Shown piece after piece: positions 1 to 13,131 of a DNA stretch of 64,000 nt (its first letter is position 1; each line of letters begins with the position of its first letter). The stretch is taken from the NCBI GenBank assembly GCA_964016885.1, contig OZ024742.1, positions 22,506,001 through 22,570,000 on the forward strand, in the 5' to 3' direction. The notes beneath the pieces were generated by a model that was given only the letters and a program-made list of their open reading frames with translations, made no database searches and had not been told where the DNA came from. The position numbers and the translations under genes are program-made. This DNA is from Eledone cirrhosa. Lineage: Eukaryota.

Positions 1-5
1 ATTTA

Positions 6-92
<87 letters not shown>

Positions 93-167
93 GTATATAT
101 ATATATATATACACATACATACATACGCACATACACACACAAACACAAACATATATACATATGTATA

Positions 168-200
<33 letters not shown>

Positions 201-372
201 TTATATATATATACATGTATATATACATGCATGTATATATACATATAGACACACATATATACATACATACATACATATATATATATACATATATATATGT
301 GTATATATATATATATATAAATATGTATATACATATATACCTACATATACAAATATATATATACACATACGT

Positions 373-455
<83 letters not shown>

Positions 456-476
456 CATACATACATGTACACACAT
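1..476. repeat. (TA)n/(CA)n/(TACA)n compound microsatellite
   Basis: Direct reading. It explains the YIYI/HTHT ORFs. Similar tracts occur at 768-1330, 4760-5410, 6140-6280, 10870-11450, 16500-17095, 28564-29080 and 35210-35470. Confidence 0.97.
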
Positions 477-763
477 AGTCATGATATTAATCATCAAATT
501 CTATTTGCTTCTCACAATAGCGATCCAGCGTTTCTTTAAGAAAATATTTCTTAAGATTTTCGAGGCGACATTGTTGGCCTTTTCTTGCCAAAGATAATGA
601 AAGGGTCCTGGGAGGAGATGGAGTAACAATGAACCAGGGACGAAGATTTGAAAACAATAAAAACATATAGAGAAAAAATATGCAATTAATTAAGTTGTTT
701 GTAATATTATTTTTTTGGAAATATAGAAAAAAATAAGGAATAGCTACCGGACTCTCTCATTAT

Positions 764-822
<59 letters not shown>

Positions 823-1194
823 TATGTATATATATATGTATATATATATATAGATAAGTATGTATGCATATATATGTGTAAGTGTATGTATATATATATA
901 CATGTATGCATGTATATATTTATATAAATTTAAATATATATATATAGAGATTATATATAAATGTATATATAGATATATATATTTATATATATATATACAA
1001 TTATATATATATGTATATATATAAATATATACATATATAAAGATATATATATATTAATATATACTTTAATATATATATATGTGTGTGTGTGTGTGCGTGT
1101 GTGTGTATATATATACACATATTTGTTGAAAAAAACATACTAAACAAACTTCAGCATCCCCCTTCATACACACACACACACACACACACACACG

Positions 1195-1235
<41 letters not shown>

Positions 1236-1429
1236 TTATATATATACACATCTACATCTAGATGCATGGATATATACAAGCACTCATACATCCACATACA
1301 CATATATGCGTGTGTGTGTGTGTATGTGTTTGTGTGTATGTGAGGGTGTGTATTGAGAAAAAAGGGAAGACATATTCACCGAAACCTTGGTTAGATGGAA
1401 ATATTTTCAATAACTATATTAATACTAAT

Positions 1430-1797
1430 AATTGTTTCTACTTTTGGCACAAGGCCAGAAATTATCCAGTGTATTACTGGTACTTTATTTTATCGACCCT
1501 GTAAGGATGAAAGGCAAAGTTAACCTCGGCAGGATTTGAACTCAGATCGTAAAGGGACGTAACTACGCTGGAAAGCATGTCTGACCCTCTACCAATACTG
1601 CCAATTCAATACTAATAATTGCTTCTACTTTTGGCACAAGGCCAGCAAATATCAGTGCATTACTGGTACTTTATTTTATCGACCCCGTAAGGATGAAAGG
1701 CAAAGTTAACCTCAGCAGGATTTGAACTCAGATCAGAAAGGGGCGTAACTCTGTGCTGCAAAGTGTTGTCCGACCCTCTACCGATGCTGCCAGACCA
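1430..1797 (-). mobile_element. Two head-to-tail copies of a tRNA-derived SINE (short subfamily)
   Basis: Copies at ~1430-1606 and ~1618-1797 are reverse complements of the SINE at 33596-33784 (TGGCAGTATCGGTAGAG head, GAGTTCAAATCC B-box, GCCTTTCATCCTTACGGGGTCGATAAAATAAAGTACCAG body). AATACTAATAAT recurs at 1421, 1608 and 1808. Confidence 0.9.
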
Positions 1798-2036
1798 CCA
1801 CCCTTCAATACTAATAATGATATACATAATTATATACATATTTACATATATATACACATACGCTCGTGTACAAACATATACCCACATACATATATATAGT
1901 GATATACACACAGAATTATGTGGGCATATTGCTTCAATGTAAATAATCTATATATGTGTATGTGCATGTATGTATATGCATGCATGCATATACATGTGTG
2001 TATGTATGTATGTGGATGTATGTATGGATGTATATA

Positions 2037-2067
<31 letters not shown>

Positions 2068-2072
2068 TGTAT

Positions 2073-2847
2073 GTTTTCTCTTTCTCTTAATTTCGAGTAT
2101 ATTTTTTTGACCGGCCACCTTCCTGGTGGCAAGGTTGTAAAAGAAAAGAAATTGTCATCCCTTGAATCGCAAGAATGTTTTGCATATTTTGAAGGTGCCA
2201 GCTATCGCAGCCATTTGTAGACTATGAATTAGGGAGCTGCGCTTTTTGTCCGCAAATCCAAGTTCGGTCATACTTTGGTCCAAGCGGGTTGGTATATAAC
2301 CCGTAGCACCAATAATGATGGGTATGAAGCTAAAGGTGTATCTTGGATACTGGATTTGTAAGCTCCTCATCAATGGTCCGTAGATGTCCTCCTTCTCCTG
2401 TATTTTTCTGACAACGTTTACATCAAGTGGGCAGCTGATCTCCACAACAGAACACGTTTTCAATGTGTGCTCCCAAACTACAATATCAGGCCGGTTGTGC
2501 TTTAATTTGGTGGCAGTTTTTATTTTCAGGTTCCACCAGTATTCCTTAGTGCCATCTGTCTCAATATATTCTTCCTCGTTTGTTGTTAATTTTGTTTTCC
2601 GAAGTGCGTTCCAGATAGTTCTAGCTATCCCATCGTGTCTCATGGGGAGGTAGTAGCGAGATGACATTCTTTCGCAGCTGGCAACAATGTGGCTTACATC
2701 CTCGATCTTTGTTTTACATAGCCTACATTTATTGTCAGCTGCTGGCCCTCCTCTTTTGTGCAGCAGATATTTGGTAGGGAGTTCTTGTTCCTGTATTGCA
2801 TAGAGATATCCCTCAAGGTGTGATGTCATAAACTTGTCGGAACTCCA
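2073..2847 (-). mobile_element. 5'-truncated R4/Dong-like non-LTR retrotransposon with restriction-like endonuclease (RLE)
   Basis: The unique part of ORF 2155..3042 reads CRLC..EDVSHIVASC (CCHC), RHD, NRPDIVV..VVEISCP..KEDIY (PD-(D/E)xK RLE motifs) and stops at 2155. The short 3' UTR has a GCCACC-AGGAA-GGTGGC hairpin. Both ends abut (TATG)n. Confidence 0.88.
2155..2847 (-). pseudogene. C-terminal CCHC + RLE domain of an R4-clade retrotransposon ORF (fragment)
   Basis: Open frame WSSDKFMTSHLEGYLYAIQEQELPTKYL...FKICKTFLRFKG. The N-terminal HTYI part of the listed ORF is microsatellite read-through. Confidence 0.85.
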
Positions 2848-3039
2848 TGTATGTATGTATGTATGTATGTATGTATGTATGTATGTATGTATGTATGTAT
2901 GTATGTATGTATGTATGTATGTGTGTGCATATATATGTTTATATGTATGCATGTATGTGTATCGATGTATGTATGTGTATATGTATGTATGCATGTCTTT
3001 GTGTATATGTATGCATGTATGTTTGCATGTATGTTTGGA

Positions 3040-3525
3040 CATCCTGCAGGACTAAAAACAAAACCTGTCAAAAGTCAAAGGAGCTCTTCAGAGTCAATGG
3101 CCATCCAAAATCACTGGGAGAGATGACCCCTTAGCCTTTGTCAAGGCAGAATTCTAGGAGAAGGAAAACTCTGATATAACACCTGCAACCCTGATGGTGT
3201 CCAATGATGTTGACTTGTTCTTCTTTTTGGTAAATATCATCTTGGTTAAGAGAGTGGGACTGGCTTTGTGCAGTGCCTTTGCTCACTATAAAAGCTTCAC
3301 GGCACAGGCATTGCTTTATATCTGGAGACCTCTCTGCACTTGTCGTCACATGGTACCATGGGCCCAGCACTATGTGTCAATAATTGTCACAAGTGTAGTG
3401 TTTGTACCAGAGTTTTCAAGTCGCTGGCTGGACTAAAATGTCACACTCGTTCAGCGCATCGGTAAGGGTTCTCCTACATGGATATAAAGTAGTGGCCGTA
3501 CTCGAAAAGGAGTTGGCAGCCACCA
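3040..3525 (+). mobile_element. Short RTE-like derivative ending in a C2H2 finger and a TATG/TAATG tail
   Basis: 3391-3465 translates KCSVCTRVFKSLAGLKCHTRSAHR*, like the RTE/BovB C-terminal finger. The 3' end CGTACTC..GGCAGCCACCATGTA resembles 13645-13680 (minus). TAGGAGAAGGAAAACTCTGA at ~3155 resembles, from memory, an RTE 5'-UTR motif. Confidence 0.55.
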
Positions 3526-4630
3526 TGTAACATATGTAATGTATATATATAATGTATGTATGTATGTAATGCAACGTATGTATTTAATGTAATGTATGTA
3601 TGTATATTTAATGTAATATATGTAAGTATGTAATGTATGTATGTATGTAATGTAATGTAATGTAATGTAATGTATGTATGTAATGTATGTATGTATGTAA
3701 TGTAATGTATGTAATGTAATGTATGTATGTAACGTAATGTATGTAATGTAGGTATGTCTGTAATGTAGGTAATGTAATGTATGTATGTACTGTATGAATG
3801 TAATGTATGTATGTATGTACTGTATGAATGTAATGTTATGTATGTACTGTATGAAGGTAATGTATGTATGTACTGTATGAATGTAATGTATGTATGCATG
3901 TATGTAATGTAAGTATGTAATGTATGTATTTATGTATGTAATGTAATGTATGTAATGTAATGTAATGTAATGTATGTATGTAATATAATGTATGTAATGT
4001 ATGTATGTATGTAATGTAAGTATGTAATGTATGTATTTATGTATGTAATGTAATGTATGTAATATAATTGTTTCTACTTTAGGCACAAGGCCAGCAATTA
4101 CCCAGTACATTACTGGTACTTTATTTTATCGACCCCGTAAGGATGAAAGGCAAAGTTATCCTCGGCGGATATTTATGTATGTATTTAATGTAATGTATGT
4201 ATGTAACGTAATATATGTACTGTAGGTATGTCTGCAATGTATGTAATGTAATGTAAGTATGTAATGTATGTATGTATGTAAGTATGTATGTATGTATTTA
4301 TGTATGTAACGTAATGGAATGTAATGTAATGTAATGTATGTAACGTAATGTATGTATGTATGTAATGTATGTATGTATGTATGTATGTAATGTAATGTAT
4401 CTATGTAATGTATACATGTATGTAATGTATGTATGTAAGTATGTAATGTAATGTATCTATTTAATGTAATGTATGTATGTATGTATGTATGTATGTATTG
4501 TATCTATGTATGTATTGTATCTATGTATGTATGTATGTATGTATGTATGTATGTATGTATGTATTGTATGTATGTATGTATGTATGTATGTATGTATGTA
4601 TGTATGTATGCAATGTAATGTATGTATATG
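3525..4630. repeat. Complex (TATG)n/(TAATG)n microsatellite with a partial SINE (4066-4168, minus)
   Basis: Direct reading; the SINE 3' half matches the other copies. Confidence 0.92.
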
Positions 4631-4761
4631 AAGTGGTTTTGAACAGTCCTGGTATTGTGTATACTGCGTTCTAGGTTAACTCCTGCGTGTATAATATACC
4701 CCCGAGCATCATAAAATATTCTTTATAAAATCACGTATTCCTATTCACACGCATACAGCTA

Positions 4762-4793
<32 letters not shown>

Positions 4794-4794
4794 G

Positions 4795-4825
<31 letters not shown>

Positions 4826-4935
4826 ATAAGTATATATATATATATATAAGTATATATATATATATATAAGTATATATATATATATATATAAGTATATATA
4901 TATATATATATAAGTATATATATATATATATATAA

Positions 4936-4978
<43 letters not shown>

Positions 4979-5128
4979 TATATATATATATATATATAAG
5001 TATATGTATATATATATATATAAGTATATGTATATATATATATAAGTATATGTATATATATATATATATAAGTATATGTATATATATATATATATATATA
5101 AGTATATGTATATATATATATATATAAG

Positions 5129-5180
<52 letters not shown>

Positions 5181-5663
5181 CATATGTGTATTTACACACA
5201 TGCACATAAATACACATTTGTGCATGTGCATGAGGGTATATATATGAGTGCATGTGTCTATATAAATATGTGTATATGTATGTATATATATGTATGTGTG
5301 TATATGTACATATATATATATATAATATATATATGTATATATATATGTATATGTATGTGTATATATATATATATATATATATACATACATACATATATAT
5401 ATATATACTCACACATAACCATATATATACAACTCACACATAACCATACACACCAATACATTGTAAACACACAGGCACATATATTTAAAGACACGCATAC
5501 ATTGCAAACACGCCCCGCCCCCTCTATATTGTCTGTCAATAGAATGGTACCGTACTATGCTAGTCACTCGTTTCTGCCTCACGGAGAGGAATCTTCCAAC
5601 TTTGTAAAGATTTCTGGGTAAAAATAACAATAAAAAACCATAAACAGATACAATCAATACCAT

Positions 5664-5805
5664 TAGTACCACCACCACCACCACCACCACCATCACCACC
5701 ACCTCTACCACCACCACTACCACCACCACCACTACCGCCACTACCACCACCACCATCACCACTACCACCAACACCAACAACAACAACACCAACAAAAACA
5801 AAAAT
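5664..5805. repeat. (CCA)n grading into (CAA)n trinucleotide tract
   Basis: Direct reading. Confidence 0.9.
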
Positions 5806-6145
5806 AATAAAATCAAATCCCTGAAACCCCAATGAAAGACAATACATTAGTGCATAGAAGCTCACTCGAACGCGAATATATTCAGCTCTGCTTCTTTACA
5901 GACTCCATCTTGGATTTATCGCTATTCATATAGAAATAAGAATGAAGAAAACTGCATTTCCTTATTATTCCAACATTGTATTATTTCCGTCCTTTCTCAC
6001 GCTTGAAATATATATGACAAAAGTAGGAAGGAATAAACGAATGATAGAATGTTCTGTAAAAACTTGAGGTACAATAACTACAATAACTACAACATGAAGT
6101 ACACAACAGTATGTCAAATAAAGAATTTATACATACATACATACA

Positions 6146-6188
<43 letters not shown>

Positions 6189-6282
6189 GTATGTATTTAT
6201 GTATATATATATATATATATATATACATATATACATATATGTATATTCACAAACACACACATATATATATATATATATATAG

Positions 6283-6386
6283 GAAAAAGTATGACCCCGA
6301 CGGCAGAGCTCAAGTCGTTTCGACGGCTATTTCCAGAAATAGCCGTCGAAACGGTTTGAGCTCTGTCGTCGGAGTCATACTTTTTC
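6283..6386. repeat. 104-bp imperfect palindrome, probable inverted pseudo-LTR fragment
   Basis: GAAAAAGTATGAC...GACGGCTATTTC-CA-GAAATAGCCGTC...GTCATACTTTTTC with axis at 6334/6335. Each arm carries a hammerhead-like 3' half (GAAACGG...TCGTC). Confidence 0.85.
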
Positions 6387-6466
6387 GTATTTCCCACTCT
6401 ACTACCCTAAGTATTGAGTACTCTGGTGCGTTATAGTCCATCTGGTTCCTTACCACAATTCCTTTG

Positions 6467-6508
<42 letters not shown>

Positions 6509-6586
6509 TTATTTATTTATTTATGAATATATACATAACTAATAAGCTCTGTAACCTACATAGAGCACTCTTTATTCCTGGACCTT

Positions 6587-6633
<47 letters not shown>

Positions 6634-6638
<5 letters not shown>

Positions 6639-8450
6639 AAAATTGAACAGGAACAAAACAGAGAGGCAGCACGAACAAAGGTTTATTAATTTCACGCTCT
6701 TGAGAGTGGGGTGGTGGTGGGGAACGATGTTTCGGGCATAAGCCCTTCTTCAGGTGAAAAGTGTGTGGGAAGAGAGTTCAAAGGGTGTGTAGGGGAGTGG
6801 TGGAGAGACATATAGAAAAAAGGGGGTGAGAGGAAACGGTGCAAATGAAATTAAAAATAAAGGCATGATCAAAATAAAATTAAAATGGTGTAAAAACAGG
6901 TGGTGGAAGGGTGTGGGGCGTGTAGGGGTCGTGGCGGGTGGAGTGGGGAGAGGGAGACGGGGTGTTCGAGCGGGGAGGGCTGAAGGTGGTCTGTGTATGT
7001 AGGTGTACGTGTGTGTGTGTGTGTGTGTGTATGTGAAAGCAAGGGTTGGGGGAAGAACGAAGTTGCATGTTCAGGAAGAGGTGTGTGTGTGGTGGGGTGT
7101 AGGTCGGAGTGTGTGTGCGTGTGTGGATAGAGGGGTGGAGGGAGAGGATTCCGGAGGCTGAATGTGTAAATATGTGGTGGTACGCACGTGTGTGTGTGGT
7201 GTTTATGCGTGTTGTGGATGTAGGTGGCGTGTGGGAAAAAAAATGTTTGTGTGTGTGTCTGGGGTGAGTCTTAAAGGTAATTCCGTAAAAAGATGCGGTG
7301 GAATGCTGAGTAAAATCCTGGGATGCGGTAGATTCTCGGGATCAAGGTTCACATCTGTGTAATCCGTGAAGAGATTGGTCGGAAGAGGGGAGATGTGGGG
7401 TGCGCGCGCAACAGGATGTGGTCAGAGGGTCAAGGCAGGAGGAGGGTTGTGTGTCTGTGTGTGCGGGGAGGTGGTCAGAGGCATAGCAGCAGTAGGGTAG
7501 AATGGTAAGTGAAGGTGTGTCAGTGTGTGCGAAGGTGCGGTGGACAGGGGAGAGGATGGGTAGGTGTGAAAGTTGGAGTGAGGAGGGGATGTGTGTGTAT
7601 TAGTAGAGGTGTTAGTGGGATGTGTGAGTGTTTGAGAAAGGGTGTGGGTGGAGCGGGGAGAGAAGGGTGTGGGGGACGATGGAGGGAGTGTAGTGTAGAA
7701 GTGTGTGTGTGTGGTGAAGGGCGTGTTAGTGGGTGTTAGTATACTGGAGGTGGAGAAAGGGTTGAATGCGGGTGTGAGTAGGGGTCAGTGGTGGTAGGAT
7801 GTGTAGAGTGGGTGGTGTAAGAGGGTGTGTGTGTTCGTGTGCGTAGGGTTGGGGGGTGTTAGTGATGTTAGTTGCGTGTGGAGTGGGTTGTGTAAGTGGG
7901 TGAGTGTGTTCGTGTACTTGGGGTCAGGGGGTGTTAGTGATGTTAGTTGCGGGGTGGTGGGGTGGATGTGTGGGGTTGAGGGTTAGTGGTGGTAGTAGGG
8001 TGTGTTTAGTGTGAGCGCGTGTATATATGTACCGGTGGGTGTGTGCGTGTGATAAGGAGGGGGAGGAGAAGAAGGGAGGGATGTTAGTATGTTAGTTGGG
8101 GAAGGGTGGTCGGATGTGGGGTGGAGGTGGTAGTATTGTTAATTGTGGGGTGGGCGGTGAAACGGAGTGGTGTGTTAGTGGTGGATATGTGTGGGAGGAG
8201 GGGGGCGGTCGAAGGCTAAAGGAATAAGGGTGGGGAGTTCAGGCCGGGGGAGTGTGGGTCTGTAGGCTGAAGATGGTTCATTGTTCGACTCTTAGGAGAT
8301 TGGCGGGTGTTCCGTGGCATTGGAGTAGGCGACAGACTGTGAGGTGGTGTGCGGAATGTCCAGGGGCACCAAAGTGGCGGGTGATGGGGGAACTACCACC
8401 GAGACGAATATCCCGGAGGTGCTCAGTAAATCTGTCCGCCAACAGGGGAA
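6634..8450 (-). mobile_element. 5'-truncated Penelope-like element (Neptune-like): GIY-YIG C-terminus, ~1.45-kb CA/CCA-rich 3' region, terminal hammerhead
   Basis: ~8220-8440 (minus) reads RFTEHLRDIRLGGSSPITRHF..PGHS..LRVEQ*TIFSLQTHTPPGLN, matching the PLE GIY-YIG tail (R..EH...HF...E..I..L.T..P.GLN). A hammerhead motif on the same strand lies at 6723-6756. Flanked by (TA)n. Confidence 0.8.
6723..6756 (-). ncRNA. Minimal type I hammerhead ribozyme motif (PLE pLTR type)
   Basis: Minus strand CAC-CTGAAGA-A-GGGC(TTAT)GCCC-GAAA-CATC-GTT: intact core, 4-bp stem II, weak stems I and III. Confidence 0.7.
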
Positions 8451-8473
8451 AGCGGACGTAAAAATGATGATGA

Positions 8474-8552
<79 letters not shown>

Positions 8553-8555
<3 letters not shown>

Positions 8556-8700
8556 CCGTGTGTCTCAGTGGTTAAAGAATTGTATTCACAATCTTGAGGT
8601 TGTGTGTTCCATTGGTGGACACCGGGCGATGCGTTATGTCCCTGAGCAAGACACTTTATTTCAAGTTGCTCCTTCTACCTGGAGTTGCGACCGATAGATA
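8553..8700 (+). mobile_element. Degenerate tRNA-derived SINE with a CORE-like body
   Basis: A-box-like TGTCTCAGTGGTTA, eroded B-box, then TGTCCCTGAGCAAGACACTTTATTTC (CORE-like). Confidence 0.6.
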
Positions 8701-10193
8701 GTACTAGCAACTAGAAAGACCAACGGAAACATTGTTTACTCGGTCCGATTTGACGAAAGTCGATCGATATATATATATATATATATTCGTACAAAAAAAT
8801 GAAAATTAGAATACACAGCAAACCCCCCAATTTTACATATCAAAGTTACCTTGGCGCAAGTAATTGAAACTGAAAGGTTACACATACAGGTATTAGATTA
8901 AAAAAATTCTGCCCATCCTAAAACTAAAACGCCCAGCTGAGGGCGCAAACACATTGCTACGATCCTAGCTGATCCCCCCTCTATTGCAGGCACCCCGGGC
9001 AATTGCACCCCCCCCCCATTAAATCCAGTTCTGGTATGATCTTCTATACAATACAGAAGTAGTGACAATACATAGATCTACACACACATTACGATACAAG
9101 TACTACAATATTTTAACAGTAACTAAGTAAAGCTATCACATTTTACTATTCACAGTATAAAACATAGCATTGATTCTTCTTATATATTTGCATCAAAACG
9201 ATGCTGCAGGCGTCACACTGATACGGCACCTTTCCTTGATGGAACGGCTCGACTACCATCAAGATTCCCATTATTTCGACCGGGTAATAATATAATGTAC
9301 CAATAGACTGATTTATCGAAAAAAAAGTAAAATAAATAACAGAGGAATTACTGCGAATAACGTTGAGCTATGCTACATCTACCAGATACATACTTTTCCT
9401 GTCTTAGCACAAAAAGTGCAACCACACACTCAATTTACATATGGTAAATTAAAGAAATCCAACAAAAATACAAATTCCAATAGGAATACCCGCCGACAGC
9501 TGCTTCATATACCGGCAACATATATATGGAATGTGATTTGTCAACTACACGCAAGATGTGTACATATGCCTGCACGCAGTTCTTTATTCATGCACAAGAT
9601 TATAAATATCCAGAAATATGTGTCATATATATACAACCATCATCACCAATACCACATGTGCTTTTTCATCGTTATCCCCTGATTTACTTTTAGTGTGTAA
9701 TCATAGATAGTTAAATCTTCTCCTTTGCCGAAGATCCAAGATTTGACATCTATGATTCGCCGATTAATGGTGAAATATATTTCTTCAATGGAATATATAC
9801 AAAGGAGATACATTATTATTGTAAGGTATCTATATTCAAGGTTTTTGTTAATTTTTGATATGTTACCTCCGTAACTATGTGTGTTTACACTCTTTACAAA
9901 TGATCCACTGTAATTGTTTGATGTGTTTATTTTATATATATATATATATGTCCTCCTACTTTTAATTTAATATATATATATATATATATGTGTGTATAAA
10001 TATATATATATCTTTAATTAATTTGTTAATTACTCCCCTGCGGTAGAGAATCAAATTTGGTTGAATCGGACTGCTCTTTCTAGCAGCCCACCTACCACTG
10101 CCCTTCTTTTGCCCTTTTATCATGTGATAATTCTTCTATTTACAATTATCGCCGGTAGTGGATATTTCTGAAGAATGTTTCTTGATTTAAAAG

Positions 10194-10261
10194 TTCTCTG
10201 AAGAGCTGAGTCTTCTAACAGTGGTCAAAACTGCGATTACTTAGCGAAACTGCAGTCGGGA
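10194..10261 (+). ncRNA. Type I hammerhead ribozyme with a fully canonical core
   Basis: TTCT-CTGAAGA-GCTGAGT(27 nt)ACTTAGC-GAA-ACTGCAGT-C-GGGA: 7-bp stem II closed by G-C, palindromic stem III, GUC site (predicted cut after 10257). It lies in a unique ~290-bp island (10015-10305) between (TA)n tracts. Confidence 0.85.
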
Positions 10262-10303
10262 AATGAAAGTAGATAGGTAAAATCTTTTTCTTATTTATTT
10301 TCC

Positions 10304-10349
<46 letters not shown>

Positions 10350-10472
10350 GCGCAACCGGTAAAACTTAAAACCAAAACTTAATACTAACCAATACTATTA
10401 CTAATGATCACTTATTCCTAATTAAACTATTTTTCACTGTGAACAATTTGTCAGCATTTTCTATTCCGTTTA

Positions 10473-10516
<44 letters not shown>

Positions 10517-10524
10517 GATACATA

Positions 10525-10652
10525 CAAAGGGTGGCCCAATGGTCCCTAGGCCATTTCAAAACATAACCCTTTTTAATTAAATTACATAAAAAAGTTAATT
10601 GTAAAAGAGTTATATTTCAAAATGATCAAGAAACGTTTGGGTCACCCTTATA
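10525..10652. mobile_element. Tc1/mariner-type MITE
   Basis: Terminal inverted repeats AGGGTGGCCCAA / TTGGGTCACCCT, subterminal inverted CATTTCAAAACATAACCCTTTT / AAAAGAGTTATATTTCAAAATG, TA context at both ends. Confidence 0.7.
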
Positions 10653-11131
10653 TGTATATATATATATATAAACTCATGCTTAACTCGCCCTCTCTATATT
10701 CTCATATATACACGAACATTTTATGACTAAATGTACACACATGTACACTCTTATACACAATCCCTATTAGTATGAACCAATGTTGACTTTGAAAATTATT
10801 CAGTAGATTAACTCACCAAGCAATACTTTAAATCTCCAATGAATTTCTGTACACATATGAGTTTACCGTCATATGCATACACACACACTCACACATACAT
10901 AAGTATGTATATATGTGTATATATATATATATATAAATATATACATACACACACACACACACACACATTAATATATATATATATATATATATACTGACAA
11001 AGTTATATGCATACATATATTCCTTTTATTTATATATATATGGATAAACACACACACACATACATATATACACAAACTTACACCCATACACACACACTCA
11101 CACCAATATATATATACATATATATATACAT

Positions 11132-11169
<38 letters not shown>

Positions 11170-11170
<1 letters not shown>

Positions 11171-11334
11171 TATACATACAAATATCTGATATATATATAT
11201 ATATATATATATACATACAAATATCTGATATATATATATATATATACATACAAATATCTGATATATATATATATATATATATATACATACAAATATCTGA
11301 TATATATATATATATATATATATACATACAAATA

Positions 11335-11415
<81 letters not shown>

Positions 11416-11425
11416 GATATATATA
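11170..11425. repeat. Minisatellite CATACAAATATCTGA(TA)n
   Basis: About 5 full and 2 partial units with a variable (TA)n spacer. Confidence 0.85.
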
Positions 11426-12419
11426 TATATACGTATATACATGTATATATGCATGAAAGTTCAATGTATTCGTATTCAGAGTCATGAAGGGGATTGTAAG
11501 CCATTCACTGAAGGCAATAAATCTAATGTATAGAGAATGAAAAATAGTGAGATCTGTGAAGGAAATCCTGTTTTCTTTGATAGTTTACATCACTAAACAT
11601 CTTTTATAATACATCGATTAACTTGTCCGTGATCGGAAGTTCACTATCCGGATACAAGCTATTGGTAACTTCTTGTACGGGATCACATTGAAGATGTAAC
11701 CAGCTTAATTTTACCGACGCACTCAATAAGAAAAACGAAAAAAGTGACAAAGTTAATAAAAATGATATATATCAAAGCCAAAAAACAAAATAAAATAAAA
11801 TAAAATAAAATAAAATAAAATAAAATAATAAAAATAAAATAAAAGCTAAAACAACAACAACAACAACTACAACAGATAGATCAACAAAATCACCTCTAGT
11901 AAAATATGATGAAAGATGGTTAGCATGTACAAGATTTGTATAGGTCAGCTTTGAAACGCTGCATTTTCGAAATGTGAGAAGCTTTTAATGTTAAGTTGAG
12001 TTACGTTGAAGCGTTGTAAGTTTTAAAGCAAAGAAAAATGATTAGAAATTGCTGACAAGACAGTGAAAACTAGTTTGAAGTTTGAAGTTTGTAGGAGTTT
12101 TACAGCTTGTACAGTAAAGTAACCTTCCGGTATAAAGCTGCCTGTTCCTGAACTATGAAATACTGGTTAGATGTTAATATACACGTTGCCCGAAACGTGG
12201 TTGGAACACCAACGTAATATGTCACTATTTACTGAATATAAAGGTTAACTGTATAGCTTAGTGGAAGTCACATCTTTTGAATCTGTATATCTACAAGTGG
12301 ATATAAACTCAGTTGAATGTGAAACGAAACATTCGTCAATGATATAGTGTTACTGCTGCTTGTATTTATATCATTTGGATTGTTTAGATTACGTAGCATC
12401 TTCAATCGATATTAGTGGA

Positions 12420-12815
12420 CAACATGCTTTATGGCATGCTTTAAAGTCGGACAACATGCATGATGGCATAGAGTTACGGCCCTTTACGATTTTTGTTCAA
12501 ATCCTGCCGGGGTTAGCTTTGATTTTCATTCCTATGGGGTCAATAAAATAAAGTACCTGTAATGTACCGGGGTCACTTTAATCGACTTTCCACTTCCCCA
12601 AAATTGTTGGCCTTAATCAGAAACCATTATTAGTGATTGGCAGTATCGGTAGAGGGTCGGACGCATTGCTTTGTAGCATAGAGTTACCTCCCTTTATGAT
12701 CTGAGTTCAAATCCCGCCGAGGTTAACTTTGCCTTTCATCCTTACGGGGTCGATAAAATAAAGTACCAGTAATGCACTGGGGTAATTGCTGGCCTTGTGC
12801 CAAAAGTAGAAACAA
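12420..12815 (+). mobile_element. Tandem SINE pair: long-form copy (~12420-12625) then short-form copy (12636-12813)
   Basis: Both match the SINE body. The second is flanked by ATTATTAGTG direct repeats (TSD-like). Confidence 0.88.
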
Positions 12816-12929
12816 TTATTAGTGGACGCAGCATGTTCGAATGATTTAGCTTTTCGCTTAGTAATCTGTTATGTCCTTATGGAGAAACGAACACACTACA
12901 ACAGTGTAATAACAATATAATCGAAACAA

Positions 12930-13131
12930 TAACCACATGTAACAGAACATGTAACAGAATAACCACATGTAACAGAACATGTAACAGAACAACAACCTTT
13001 TAAGAACCAACAATCCAACACGCTAACTCGAACTGCGAACTTGAACTCCCACTGTCACTATCAACACACGAATTGTGGAACTAGTACCAACTTTGACTAT
13101 CAACACACGAACTGTGGAACTAGTACCAACC
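12930..13131. repeat. Two local tandem duplications (30-bp and 40-bp units)
   Basis: AACCACATGTAACAGAACATGTAACAGAA x2 (12931, 12961); ACTATCAACACACGAAYTGTGGAACTAGTACCAAC x2 (13057, 13097). Confidence 0.85.

Noticed and set aside
5562-5605. Minus-strand hammerhead-like TGGAAGA..CCTC/GAGG..GAAACGAGTG
   Set aside because: Two core mismatches and a G at the cleavage position; compatible with chance.
8985-9033. hAT-like MITE right end (GCACCCCGGGCAATTGCACCCCC...AATCCAGTTCTG)
   Set aside because: No matching left terminus or TSD found; resemblance from memory only.
9700-9830. Protein-like frame IFSFAEDPRFDIYDSPINGEIYFF as a host exon
   Set aside because: In-frame TAA immediately upstream, weak acceptor, no recognisable homology.
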